DNA from: Malacoraja senta | Lineage: Eukaryota | NCBI GenBank assembly: GCA_038087875.1 | Contig: CM075981.1 | Span: 1,426,001 to 1,490,000, forward strand | Length of the DNA: 64,000 bases | Reading direction: 5' to 3' | Shown: in pieces, positions 11,468-22,745 of the stretch | Numbering within the stretch: position 1 is the first letter of the stretch | How the letters are laid out: each line of letters opens with the position of its first letter | Translations under genes and position numbers: made by a program | The notes under the pieces: model-generated | Databases searched by the model: none | Seen by the model: only the letters and a program-made list of their open reading frames with translations | What the model was told of the DNA's origin: nothing

Positions 11468-11684
11468 ACTCAATCAATCAATCAATCAATCAACCGTCAT
11501 CGTCATCTTAAACATTTCATACATAAATAAAAACAATAAAAACACTCCAAAAATAATAATAATAAATAAATAAATAAATAAATAAAACAATCCAGTCCCT
11601 GATAAAAACAATACGAATAGCTAAAAAGTGCAGGTAAAAAAACAGCAACATTAAAATACAAGTAAAAACAGTCATAAATAACTG
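11468..11684 (-). repeat. AT-rich insertion with (ATCA)n and (AAAT)n microsatellites, probably a retroelement 3' end
   Basis: Interrupts a segment that is uninterrupted at 12228-12325; (TTGA)n tail on the minus strand. Confidence 0.5.
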
Positions 11685-12677
11685 ACGCTCCCTTACACAT
11701 TGAACCTTGAAAACATTGTTTTTTAAATTATCCCTGAATATTCCATCATAATACAGTCATGAAAGTGGGAACACTTTGTTATTTATCTTGTTACAATTGA
11801 AATAGGTCTGGTTTTCTATCACACTCTTGCGATAGGAAATTAGAATATTAATAAAAGGCACGCTGTTATGAGCGAACCTTTAACCGATTTTTCGAACACA
11901 CACCATCCACACACCTACCGCGTTAATCCAAGTAATATCGAGAGGGCGAGATTAAGCATTAACATTTTTAATTTATTTTATTACTTGGCCTCATCCGTTT
12001 CCATATTTATTGTCCCACCTCCCTTCCACCATTAGAATTGATCCCTTTTAATTAATCTATCCATATGGATTTTATTATAATCTTCCTTGCAGCTGCATTT
12101 TTTTTTCTTCCAGGGTATTACACTGTTCTTTGTATCTTTCACACATCCACAGTGTTCCCTTTCCCATGACTCCCAGTCTGAAGAAGGGTCTCGACCCGAA
12201 ACGTCACACATGGGGTCATGCAGCAAAGATTCGGTGGCGCAGAAAGTGAGAAAACAGCCTTGAATTCAACCGAATACACCGAACTGTCTTAACTGACGCT
12301 CCCTTACACATTGAACCTTGAAACCTCTCCCGCTGTGTTTCTCTAGCATTGCGTGTCTATCTACTCTGTAGTCACTGAATTTACTGCTCCATCTACTGAC
12401 TTATTTCTCTGTCTTCTCCGAATCCATTTAACCGTCTAATCTCTGATACCCAGTATTGTAGATATGCTCCAGCAAAGAGGTCAGTAATTGGTGATCATAG
12501 GTTGCCCCCCCCCCCCCAGTCCAACACCCGTTCTTTCTCCAAGATGATCTCCATTGGATCTGCTGCTTCGCCCCGCTCCACTTCACTAAGATTATGAAGC
12601 AAATAACAGGTAAATGTTTCAAAGATAAATCGTCACGTTTCCTCCCATTGATTCTGTATCTCTTGCCCTTTGCCCAG

Positions 12678-12768
12678 TTACATCTCATGGAATGTGGGGC
12701 GCTGGTTGTTCTTTCTCCTGCTTGTGCTCTGGAGTATCTCAACCGCGGTGTTCACAAGAAGCTCTAAG
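12678..12768 (+). CDS. Gene 1 transmembrane exon with N-terminal Arg
   Basis: gcccag| acceptor and |gtaggt donor; 91 nt, phase 2 to 0; (S)YISWNVGRWLFFLLLVLWSISTAVFTRSSK. Confidence 0.9.
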
Positions 12769-13386
12769 GTAGGTTTTATTATCATCATGTTCATAAATTA
12801 TAGGAGCACAATTGGTCCATTCAGCCCATCATACATAATCCGCCCCCAATCACGACTAATCTAGCCTTCGCTCCCGATCCATCCTCCTGCCTTCACCCCA
12901 TAACCCTTGCCATCCTTATTTATGAGGAATATGAAAATCTCCGGCTTAAAAATATCAATTGATTTGGATAGGTACAAAAATACTGGAGTAACTCAGCGGG
13001 ACAGGCAGTATCTCCGGAGTGGATTGATATGGCCTCCACAGCCTCCTATGGTAATGAAATCCATTGATTCACCACCCTCTGCCCAAAACAATCCATTCTC
13101 TTCGCCGAATGTATCCAAACGGTTTCCATTAATGCTTTCAGATATCCTGTCCATTGATATAAACAAAAGTCGTGCACGTTTTCATAACCTGAAGTTAAAC
13201 CAAATCACTATGTAGATGATATCATGTGGTTTTGTCAGGTTGTACGTGTGCTGGGTGGATTTCTGTGCGCGGTGTGGATTCGTTGGGGTCCATCTTCCAG
13301 ACAGCCATGTGTTGGGGGTGGTCGGGTCAAATAAAGCGTGGTTCCCACTGTCAGTGAGTCTGATGACTTCACATTGTCTTTTGCAG

Positions 13387-13434
13387 AGACGCGATGAATC
13401 AGAACCTCGCCACTCGACACACGAATTAGAATGA
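13387..13434 (+). CDS. Gene 1 terminal exon, short tyrosine-free cytoplasmic tail
   Basis: ttttgcag| acceptor, phase 0; RRDESEPRHSTHELE*; identical peptide in gene 2. Confidence 0.75.
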   Translation, partial: RRDESEPRHSTHELE

Positions 13435-13817
13435 AGACTCCTAGCTTGCACCAACAGTGAGGGAATTCTGCACCGCGATGAAATATTTATGCATCATCCT
13501 GCTTTGTCAACTGATACCAATTGGACGAATATATGTATCTTGCAATTCACCGAACGGTTTCATGAAAGTGACTTCAAAGCAATGTTCCAAACTTTCCAAA
13601 CCATATCTGTTTCCAAAACTCATTTACCACACTGGTCTTAATGTTTGTCACCTCTTCCAAGGTTTCTTTCATCACCTTCGAACTATTGTTTTAACCTCTG
13701 CGTGGTTTCTGCTGCTCAAAAGTCTTATACCCTGTTAAAATATATTATATGCATTCAACTTCCTGGAAAAAAATGTTTTCGCTGAGAAATGAATAATTAT
13801 GCATCAGGATGCTTCTT

Positions 13818-13864
13818 AATAAATTTTTGTTGTCAATAAATGGTTTGTCTAATTTGTTTTGTTT
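13818..13864 (+). terminator. Candidate polyadenylation region of gene 1
   Basis: AATAAA at 13818 and 13835 followed by a GT/T-rich tract. Confidence 0.5.
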
Positions 13865-14077
13865 AGACTGTAAATTTAGTGTTGAAGAACAGACTGAAAT
13901 CAGATTGCTGGAGATTTCTCCTGTTGCCAAACGTTAAAGGCGTTAAGGAATGGCAATGATTAATCTTTCAGACCATGCTATCCCATCAGAACAAAACTCC
14001 AGATGCTGGTTTAAACTGAAGATAGACATAAATTGCTGGGGTAACTCAGAGTGACAGGCGGCATCTGTGGATATATG

Positions 14078-15010
14078 AGGTAAGTTTAGGCGGACTCAGC
14101 GGCGGTATTCAACGAATTGATCGCCGATCCTGCGCTTGTTCTCGCTTCTCGGCGATCGTTTCGCTGAACAGCTCCGCTCAGTCCGCCTAAACCTACCTGA
14201 CATCCCGGTCAATAGACAATAGACAATAGACAATAGGTGCAGGAGTAGGCCATTTGGCCCTTCGAGCCAGCACCTCCATTCAATGTGATCATGGCTGATC
14301 ATCCCCAATCAGTACCCCGTTCCAGCCTTCTCCCTATATCCCCTGACTCCGCAATTTTTAGAAGCCCTATCTATCTCTCTCTTGAAAGCATCCAGAGAAC
14401 CTGCCTCCACCGCCCTCTGAGGCATAGAATTCCACAGACTCACCACTCTCTGTGAGAAAAAGTGTTTCCTCGTCTCCGTTCTAAATGGCTTACTCCTTAT
14501 TCTTAAACTATCGCTCCTGGTTCTGAACTCCCCGAATATCGGGAACACGTTTCGCTAAACAGTTTAACTCCCCCTCCCATTCCCACACTGACATTTCTAT
14601 CCTGGGCATCCTCCATTGTCAGAGTGAGTCCCAGCGCAAATAGGAGGAACAGCACCTGATATTTCGCTAGGGCAGCTTACACCCCAGCGGTGTGAACATT
14701 GACTTCTCTAACTTCAAGTAACCCTTGCTTTCCCTCTCAATCCAGCCCCCCAATTACCAGCTCTCCGATCAGTCTGACAGTCTCCGACTACATTTTACCT
14801 CTCATTGCTTTGTTGTTACCTTCTCCCAGCTAACAATGATCTATTCTACATTTTCCTTGAGCTTCACCCCCTTTGTCCCGTTTTCACTCCTTACAATTCC
14901 TAATCTAATTATTTCCACCTCCCTTGACTTCAGTCTGAATAAGGGTCTCGACCCGAAACTTCACCCATTCCTTTCATCCATAGATGCTACCTGTCCCAAT
15001 GAGATACTCC
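14078..15010 (+). mobile_element. Penelope-like fragment with an inverted 5' piece, interrupted by CR1
   Basis: RLGDRFAEHLRSV-like segment; 50-bp inverted arms at 14078-14127 and 14149-14198. Confidence 0.65.
14209..14552 (-). mobile_element. CR1 3' fragment nested in the Penelope remnant
   Basis: (caataga)n reverse tail; ORF 14309..14548 is an ORF2 C-terminus. Confidence 0.85.
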
Positions 15011-15242
15011 AGCAATGTTGTACAACAATATTTTTTTGATTAAATGATTGAAAGAAACAGCATGGATACTGACCATTTGGCCCACCGAGCCCACGTCAAC
15101 CAGACATCAACCCTTTCACACTGGTTCTATATCACCCCACGTTCGCGTCATTTGAGTACAGTAATGTTGATAAACGTTTTATTGCTGCAACGAGTTATTC
15201 ATTTTGTCCACCGTACAAAAGAGTTAATGGACTATAAATAAT

Positions 15243-15565
15243 GGCCAAGGTGGCGCAACGGTAGAGTTGCTGCCTTACAACGCTTGCAGTGCGGGAGACC
15301 CAGGTTCGATCCCGACTACGGGAACTGTGTGTACGGAGTTTGTACGCTCTACCGTGACCGCGTGATTTTTCTCCCAGATCTTCGATTTCCTCCCACACTA
15401 CAAAGACGTACAGGTTTGTAGGTTAATTGGCTTGCTATAAATGTAAATTGTCCACAGTGTGTGGGATAGCGTTATTGTGCGTGGATCGCTGGTCAGTGTG
15501 GCCTCGGTGAGCCGAAGGGCCTGTTTCCGCGCTGTATCTCCAAACTAAACTAAACTAAACTAAAT
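15243..15565 (+). mobile_element. tRNA-derived SINE, full length
   Basis: A box tggcgcaacggt, B box ggttcgatccc, CR1-like 3' part and (aaact)n tail. Confidence 0.88.
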
Positions 15566-17649
15566 TAGTGGAAAGTCTATTCTTGTGCCGAACAAAATGG
15601 TTGAGTTGCAGCTTGCAAAGCGCGGGGTGTGAAACTGCAAATACATTGTGTTGCTTTCTTCAGTCTGACTTGTGACTGTAACCCCGCCCATGAAAGAACT
15701 ATGAAGGATGTTGTTTGAATATAAGAAATGGTGACCTGCAATAACGGAGTAACCACCATAAAGTTCCGAAAGAGTCAAGGATTGCTTTGGGTAAAATGTC
15801 CCACTGACAAAGATAAATATTATCCACACAGTAAGCGGGGAGACGAGGAAATGAGACCAGAGGCTGCTTTGAACTCATAAACCCCCATGTTAGGGATATC
15901 CGAGGAGTGCTGAATAGCCAGAGGTACTTGCAGATTATGTGGTCACATTGATGCTGCCTGGCCCCTTTCAACTCGAGCTTGTTTATGGTCTAATGGGAGG
16001 AATGAACTTGAATTGGATCTTTACCCCACTGCAGGACATCCCAAAGTGCCTCATAGATAGTGAGAGGTAAACAGTCTGAGATGCGACAGATAGACATAAA
16101 ATACTGGAACAACTCAGCGGGATAGGCAGCATCACAGCAGGGAAAGAACGGGTGACATTTCGGGTCGATGCCACTATTGTGTTTAGTGATGGGTACTGGC
16201 TTGCAATGTACTTTAATCTAATATGTTCAAACAGTCATTTATTTCTTTACACTGAATTGTTCTGCAGTGCTGACACTTTGCTCGCGCTGCTGAAAAAAGG
16301 GTGTGTAGATACGTAACTCTGAACCGCATCTTGCGAGCAGCTCGCTGTAAAACTGTTTGCTGAGCAGTGTTTGCAGTAGTCATGGGTCAAAGGCAAATGT
16401 AGACAGAATTAAATTGTTTTGCTGCATCGTCCGTTCCTCTCTGCAGTGTTTTTAGGTGGGCAAGTATACAGGAAATAGCTCCCAACAAAAGATCCTTTAC
16501 TGAGGGTCGCCAACGCTCAGCTAACACCGGTGGCGGACTCATCAGTGTGTTACACCCATACTACGTGATACACAACATTGCCACAGATGTACACAACCAG
16601 AATAAACGGCACTGTTCCACTTAAAGTGACACACCAGAACGATAGACGGCAGCAGATATTAGGTTATATTATAATGCAACTAGTTGCCTGCAGAATGAAA
16701 TCGTTGCAAGCAGATGTATAAAATCAGCCAATGGAATGAACATGAACACAACTCTGATAATGTATTCGCTCTGCATTGTAAAGAAGACAAGTTAATAATT
16801 CAATTCGCCGTGCATATTCTACCTTGCTTTAACTTCACTAAGTGTATCACTTCGCCCTTGTTGAGTTACATTACCCATGTCAGTTACATTCCACATCCCG
16901 CTTTCCCAGCTGATCTCCATCCTGTGGTAATTCTAGACAAACTTCTTCACAGTCCTCCAGACCGTTAATTTTCTATTTTCAAAACGTGAATACCATGACA
17001 ATAATGTTTCAAATTTGAATTGAAGAGTTGAAGCAGAGAGGAGAGGGTCAAACTCCAATTAACCTCAGCTGATTTCAGATGAAAATCCCCTACTTCCTAA
17101 CGCCAGCTCCCTGTTTTGCCCCTTGTCAACAGTAATAAGCAAAAACAAAAGTTCCAATTATTATATTTTTGATCTGCCGGTCCACTTACAAAATCATCAA
17201 GAGGGAATGATCGGGAAGTGTACACATCTTAGACGTTTCTACAATTCTAAATCATGTCATATTTTATCCAATGTATCATTGTTTACATGAAGGGGCCCGA
17301 CCCGAAACGTCACCTAACCATTTTCTCCAGAGGTGCTGCCTGGCCCGCAGAGTTCCTTATGCATGTTTTTGTCTATCATTATTTCCTCCACTGTTCAGTG
17401 TTAACAGACTCTGACTACAGAGATAATCGCCGCTGCATCCTAACGGATACATCATACTTGACGAAGTGGTTGAAGCAGGTGCAATAACAACATGTAACGA
17501 GCACTTGGACAGGTCCACGTATGGGGAAGGTTTGGGGAGTTTCGGATTGAACGTGGGAAAATCTGACTAACTTAGATGAGCACATTGGTCTAACGCGTTG
17601 GGGAGAAGGGCCTGTTTCCGTGACGTATGACTGTGATCATCTGACCCAA

Positions 17650-17839
17650 CCATTTGTTAAATATAACCCTGATCCTTTCACACTGTAACGTGTCGAGCTG
17701 CTGCTGGCTCGCTGTGGTTCACGATCTGAAGTCCTGTTCCCTTCTTCGTCGTTGCTATTTGAGAGATGCGGTTGTATCTGAGAGCTACGAGCTGAGCGAC
17801 AGACTGACAAGTGCTGACCTCGTCACTGTGGATAAAACA
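17650..17839 (+). promoter_or_regulatory. Putative proximal promoter/5'UTR of gene 2 (paralog about 51128-51317)
   Basis: Lies immediately upstream of the leader ATG; RUNX-type TGTGGTT at 17713 and TGCGGTT at 17767; TATA-like aaatataa near 17657. Motif matches only. Confidence 0.35.
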
Positions 17840-17876
17840 ATGTGGATTCCCATTCTTCTCATCTCCTCGCTGCCGG
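17840..17876 (+). CDS. Gene 2 leader exon (signal peptide MWIPILLISSLP)
   Basis: aaacaATG start, |gtgagt phase-1 donor; joins V1 to give MWIPILLISSLPGAVWA. Confidence 0.88.
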
Positions 17877-19223
17877 GTGAGTGAAAGCCAGATCCTGATA
17901 TTCCAATGATCAATGTTATTTGGGGTCCCATGCACCCTTTTCAAAGCAGAGGTAGTTAAGTATGTGTAGACATGTAATGGGGGAGGTGCAACTCAGTGCA
18001 TTGTGGTGATGGATCTGAAATTACATTTGAATATCTAGACTGTGTTCGTACTTTAACCACTGTTGACACGGTCTAATTGCATCCTGATGATAGTTTATAG
18101 GCATAAAATAGCAAATGAATTTGGGGACGATACTCCAAGATACCTGGACCGAAGGACAGAGGTTGCAGCATCACCAGGAAGTTGATTCTACACTTTTAAA
18201 ATGTGTTTACAACTGAGGGGGGAGTCGGGATTGTGGACTCATTGTGTCAGTTCAAATATTCCCTGCATTTGTCCAACTCAACTCTGTCGCAAACCCAACA
18301 ATTCCCCGGAGTCTGAGACTGAACCACTGTCCTCGCTCTATCCACCTACCCCCAACTCTCTCTCCATCCTCTTTCCAATCCGCAACACAGTCGCGCTGAA
18401 ATGCAAGTTCAGTTTATTGTCACGTGTACCGAGGTACAGTGAAAAGCTTTTTGTTGCGTGCTAACCAGTCAGATACATGATTATAATCGATCCTCTTACA
18501 GTGCATAGATACATGAAAGGGAAATAAAGTTTAGTGTAAGGTAAAGCCAGCGAAGTCCGATCAAGGGTAGTCCGAGGGTCACCAAAGAGGTAGATAGTTC
18601 AGCACTGCTCTCTGGTTGTGGTAGGATGATTCCGATGTCTGAGTACAACTGCGAAGGAACTGTCCCCGAATCTGGCGGTGTGCGTTTTCACGCTAGTAAC
18701 GCTCTCCGGTAATGGACCCGCTTTATTGTAACTCGTCCGTCCTCTGTGTCCTCAGTCAGGGCTTTGTAAATGCAGTGGCGGCGGTGAATGTCTAAACACG
18801 GGTCCGGCCCAGTGTCGGTTGAGAGTTGAATGTTGGCAGCGCAGCCGGCGGCACCGCCAATTAAATAGCAAAGTGGGGTCTTTCTTTAGGGTGAGAGGCC
18901 GGGCACCGCCTGGGATTGTTGGAAGGCAGCTCCCGCAAAACTGACGCGCTCCCTCAGAACCGCACTGCGATCCCAGCCCAGTTTCTGCTCAGGGATCTGG
19001 AGTGGGAAGTGAACCCAAATTGCACTGACCCGCGGACAGAACATTGACACAACTGGTACAATAACAGCACTGTCTGCACTTCAGACCGGAGACATTGGTC
19101 GTGAAGCAATATGACACATTATGGAACGTTTTACGTTTTCTTTCATGTAATCTTCAAAATGTATCAATTACCATTAAACAGTTAATTTGCTCTCCATCTG
19201 AAAGTTTCTCCGCTCAGTTTCAG

Positions 19224-19538
19224 GTGCAGTGTGGGCAAAGTGGGAAGTAAAAGGAGTTGTGGGAAGAGAGATCACAATCGATTGTCACTATGCAGCAGAG
19301 TACCGCTCACACACAAAATACTGGTGCCGTGGGAGGAGTCGACCGTGTAGAGTTTTAGTGGAAACAAATGGGCAACACGGACGGAGTGGAAGAGTGTCAA
19401 TCACAGATAACCTGGCACGAGGAATATTTACTGTGACTGTGGAGGATCTTCACTCTGAAGATACAGGATGGTACAGCTGTGGAATTACAACATCAGCCGA
19501 CCATCCAATATTTAACGTTTTACTCGAAGTATCTGACG
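19224..19538 (+). CDS. Gene 2 exon V1
   Basis: ttcag| acceptor and |gtatgt donor; 315 nt; all four Cys plus KYWC and DTGWYSC. Confidence 0.93.
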
Positions 19539-19840
19539 GTATGTTTCGCAGCGAATGACTTGACGTCTCCAGCAGAAAGACAATACAGGATTACAATCGA
19601 TCCTCTTACAGTGCATAGATACATGAAAAGGAAATTACGTTTAGTGTAAGGCGAATCCAGCAAAGTCCGATCAAGGGTAGTCCGAGGGTCATCAAAGAGA
19701 TAGATAGTTCTGCACTGCTCTCTGGATGTGGTAGGATGATTCAGATGCCTGACAAGAGCTGTGAAGTAATTGTCCCCGAATCTGGCGGTGTGCGTGTTCA
19801 CGCTAGTAACGCTCTCCGGTAAGGGACCTGGAGGTGGGTG

Positions 19841-20712
19841 GTGAGTGGGCGAGCGGTGAGTGGGTGAGTGGTTGGGTGAGTGGGCAGATGCATGGCAGAT
19901 GAAGTTTAATGTGGATAAATGTGAGTTTATCCACTTTAGTAGCAAAATCAGGAAGGCAGATTATTATCTGAATGTTGTCAGGTTGGGAAAAGGGGAAGTA
20001 CAAAGAGATCTGGGGGTCCTTGTTCACCACTCACTGAAAGTAAGCATGCAGGTACAGCAGGCAGTGAAGAAAGCTAGTGGCATGTTGACCTTAATAACAA
20101 GAGGAGTTGAGTACAGGAGCAAAGAGGTCCTTCTGCAGTTGTACATGGCCCCAGTGAGACCACACCTGGATTATTGTTTCCAGTTTTGATCTCCAAATTT
20201 GAGGAAGGACCTTCTTGCTATCGAGGGAGTGCAGTGTATGTTGAGGGAGTGCAACAAGGTTAATTCCCGGGATGGCGGGACTGTCATGTGTTGATTGAAT
20301 GGTGCGGCTGCGCTTGTATACTCTGGAATTTAGAAGGATGAGATGGGATCTTATTGAAAAATATAAGATTATTAAGGGATTGGACACGCGAGAGGCAGGA
20401 AACATTTTCCCGATATTAAGAATAATGGATAGGCAATTTACAACGGACATGAGGAAAAACGTTTTCACCCAGAGAGTTGTGAATCTGTGGAATTATCTGC
20501 CTCAGAAGGCAGTGGAGGCCGATTCACTGGATGCTTTCAAAAGAGAGTTAGATAGAGCGCTTTGGGCTAGCGGAATCAAGGGGTATGGGGAAAGGCAGGA
20601 ACGGGGTACTGATTGTGGATGATCAGCCATGAACACATTGAATGGCGGTGCTGGCTCGAAGGGCTGAATGGCCTACTCCTGCACCTATTGCCTATGTATC
20701 TATGTATCTATT
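19841..20712 (+). mobile_element. CR1 3' fragment in intron 2 (paralog about 54287-55098)
   Basis: WADAWQMKFNVDKC..RPHLDYC peptide; tctatgta tail. Confidence 0.88.
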
Positions 20713-21074
20713 TATCTATGTATGTATCTACAGTTCCTTGTGTCTCCACCTCTCATATTGAAAAGCAAGACCAATCAAAAATTGAGCAAGAGAACACTAT
20801 ACCCGTTAGAGTAACTGGGCGCAGTGGTTTCCTGATGATTGTTATCGGGTGTTACATTTGTATTTGAAGTGAACCCTACTGATGTTAACGACTCACGAAT
20901 AGATTTATGTTCTGTTGAGATAAGGAAATAAAAGACAATTAAAGATTGACAAAAAAATGCTGGATTAACTCAGCGAGACAGGCTGCATCCCTGGAGAGAA
21001 GGAATGGGTAACGTTTCTGGTCTGAGCATGGGTCTCGACCCGAAACGTCAGAGCGAGAGAGTTAGATGGAGCTC

Positions 21075-21215
21075 TAAAAGATAGCGGCGCTATGGGATAT
21101 GGTGAGAAGGTAGGAACGGGGTACTGATTGTGGATGATCAGCCATGATCATAGTGAATGTCGGTGCTGGCTCGAAGGGCCGAATGGCCTACTCCTACACC
21201 TATTGTCTCTTATTT
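21075..21215 (+). mobile_element. CR1 extreme 3' end
   Basis: ggatgatcagccatgatc and ggctcgaagggccgaatggcctactcc motifs. Confidence 0.75.
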
Positions 21216-21725
21216 CTTTACCCGCTTTATTATAATCCGTCCGTCCTCTGTTCTCAGTCAGGGCTATGTAAAAGCAGTGGCGGCGGTGAATGCCTAAACA
21301 CGGGTCCGGCCCAGTGTCGGTTGAGAGATGAATGTTGGCAGCGTAGCCGGCGGCACCGCCAATGAAATAGCAAAGTGAGGTATTTCTGCAGGGTGAGAGG
21401 CCGGGCACCGCCTGGGATTGTTGAAAGGCAGCTCCTGCAACACTGCCGCGCTCCCTCAGTACCGCACTGCGATCCCAGCCCAGTTTCTGCTCAGGGATCT
21501 GGAGTAGGAAGTGAACCCTAATTGTACTGACCAGGGGACAGAACACTGACACAACAGGTACAATTACAGCACTGCCTGCACTTCACACCGGAGACATTGG
21601 CCGTGAAGCAATATGACACATCATGGAACGATTTAAGTTTTCTTGCATGTTTTCTTCAAAATGTATCTATTTCCATTAAACAGTTCATTTGTTCTCCATC
21701 TGAAAGTTTCTCCCCTCCATTTCAG

Positions 21726-22003
21726 CCGCAGTGTGGGGAGAGACGTATGTAAGTGGAGTTGTGGGAACCGCTCACACACAAAATACTGGTGCCGTGTGCA
21801 GAATCGCCAATGTACAGATATGGTGGAAACAAATGGGCAACACGGACGGAGTGGAAGAATGTCAAGCACAGATAACCCGGCACGAGGAATATTTACTTTG
21901 ACTGTGGAGGAACTTCACTCTGGAGATACAGGATGGTACAGGTGTGGAGTTACAACATCTAAAGGCCGTCCAATGTTAAACGTAGTACTCCAAGTATCTG
22001 ACG
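21726..22003 (+). pseudogene. Gene 2 exon V2, inactivated
   Basis: 278 nt versus 315 nt in gene 3: a 37-nt deletion removes the B-strand Cys and shifts the frame; donor is GCACGT versus GTACGT. Confidence 0.9.
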
Positions 22004-22745
22004 GCACGTTTCTCAGCGATTGACTTGTCGTCTCCACTGAAAAGCCTGATCTATGTTTTCTCCGGGAAGGGTCAGGGCAGCACCGATATCCCGAGGCTCC
22101 GCAGCAGTGCAGAGACCTGCGGGGAGCGGGCGGGGGTCGGGAAACCGCACTCATTTTGCTCTCACCCTGTGCGGGCTCTGCCCCACTGAGCGGCCACCCA
22201 CTGAGAAACATAGAAACATAGAAAATAGGTGCAGGAGGAGGCCATTCGGCCTTTCGAGCCAGCACCGCCATTCATTGCGATCATGGCTGATGGTCCCCTA
22301 TCAATAACCTGTGCCTGCCTTCTCCCCAAAACCCTTGATTCCTTTTTTTTTTTTAATAATTTTTTTAATAGAAGTACGGTAGATTACAGTAATGTACAAC
22401 ACGTATATATTAATACATTTTTTGTACCGCTTCACTTTTTTAAACTTTAAGAAAGAAAAAGAAAGAAGTAAGAAAAGTGAAGAAAGTGCGCAAAGGTTGT
22501 GAAGTGCAAAAGAGTGTTGGGAAAAGAAAGCCCCTTAGAAAAGAAGTTAGAGAAGGAAGTAAAGTTAGAAAATAGACCCTAGAAAAGAAAGAGAAAGAAA
22601 GAAGGAACAATCGCTCTATTATAACTCTTATAACATACTTCATAGAGAAGGAACTACCAACCAAGTCTGTTTTTGTTTTACCTCCCATTACCAGGTCCAG
22701 ATACCTTTTATTTATTTATTTGTTTTTCTAAATTACTATTGCACC

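Larger units (their letters stand above)
5556..13434 (+). other. Gene 1 (5'-partial): CD300/pIgR-like, MDIR-like Ig receptor; exons C2a, V4, C2b, stalk, TM, tail
   Basis: Six exons with consistent phases 1-1, 1-1, 1-1, 1-2, 2-0, 0-stop, colinear with gene 2. Confidence 0.85.

Noticed and set aside
13387-13740. ITIM/ITAM or ER-retention signal in the tail
   Set aside because: The tail has no Tyr; HELE is not KDEL/HDEL or KKxx; an NIYA-like string near 13487 is out of frame and past the stop.
15243-15330. tRNA gene
   Set aside because: The A and B boxes continue into a SINE body with a CR1-like 3' end and (aaact)n tail; no complete cloverleaf.
15570-17200. Additional exon or ncRNA in the intergenic region
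   Set aside because: Only short ORFs without motifs or phase-compatible splice pairs; part of it is deleted in the next unit.
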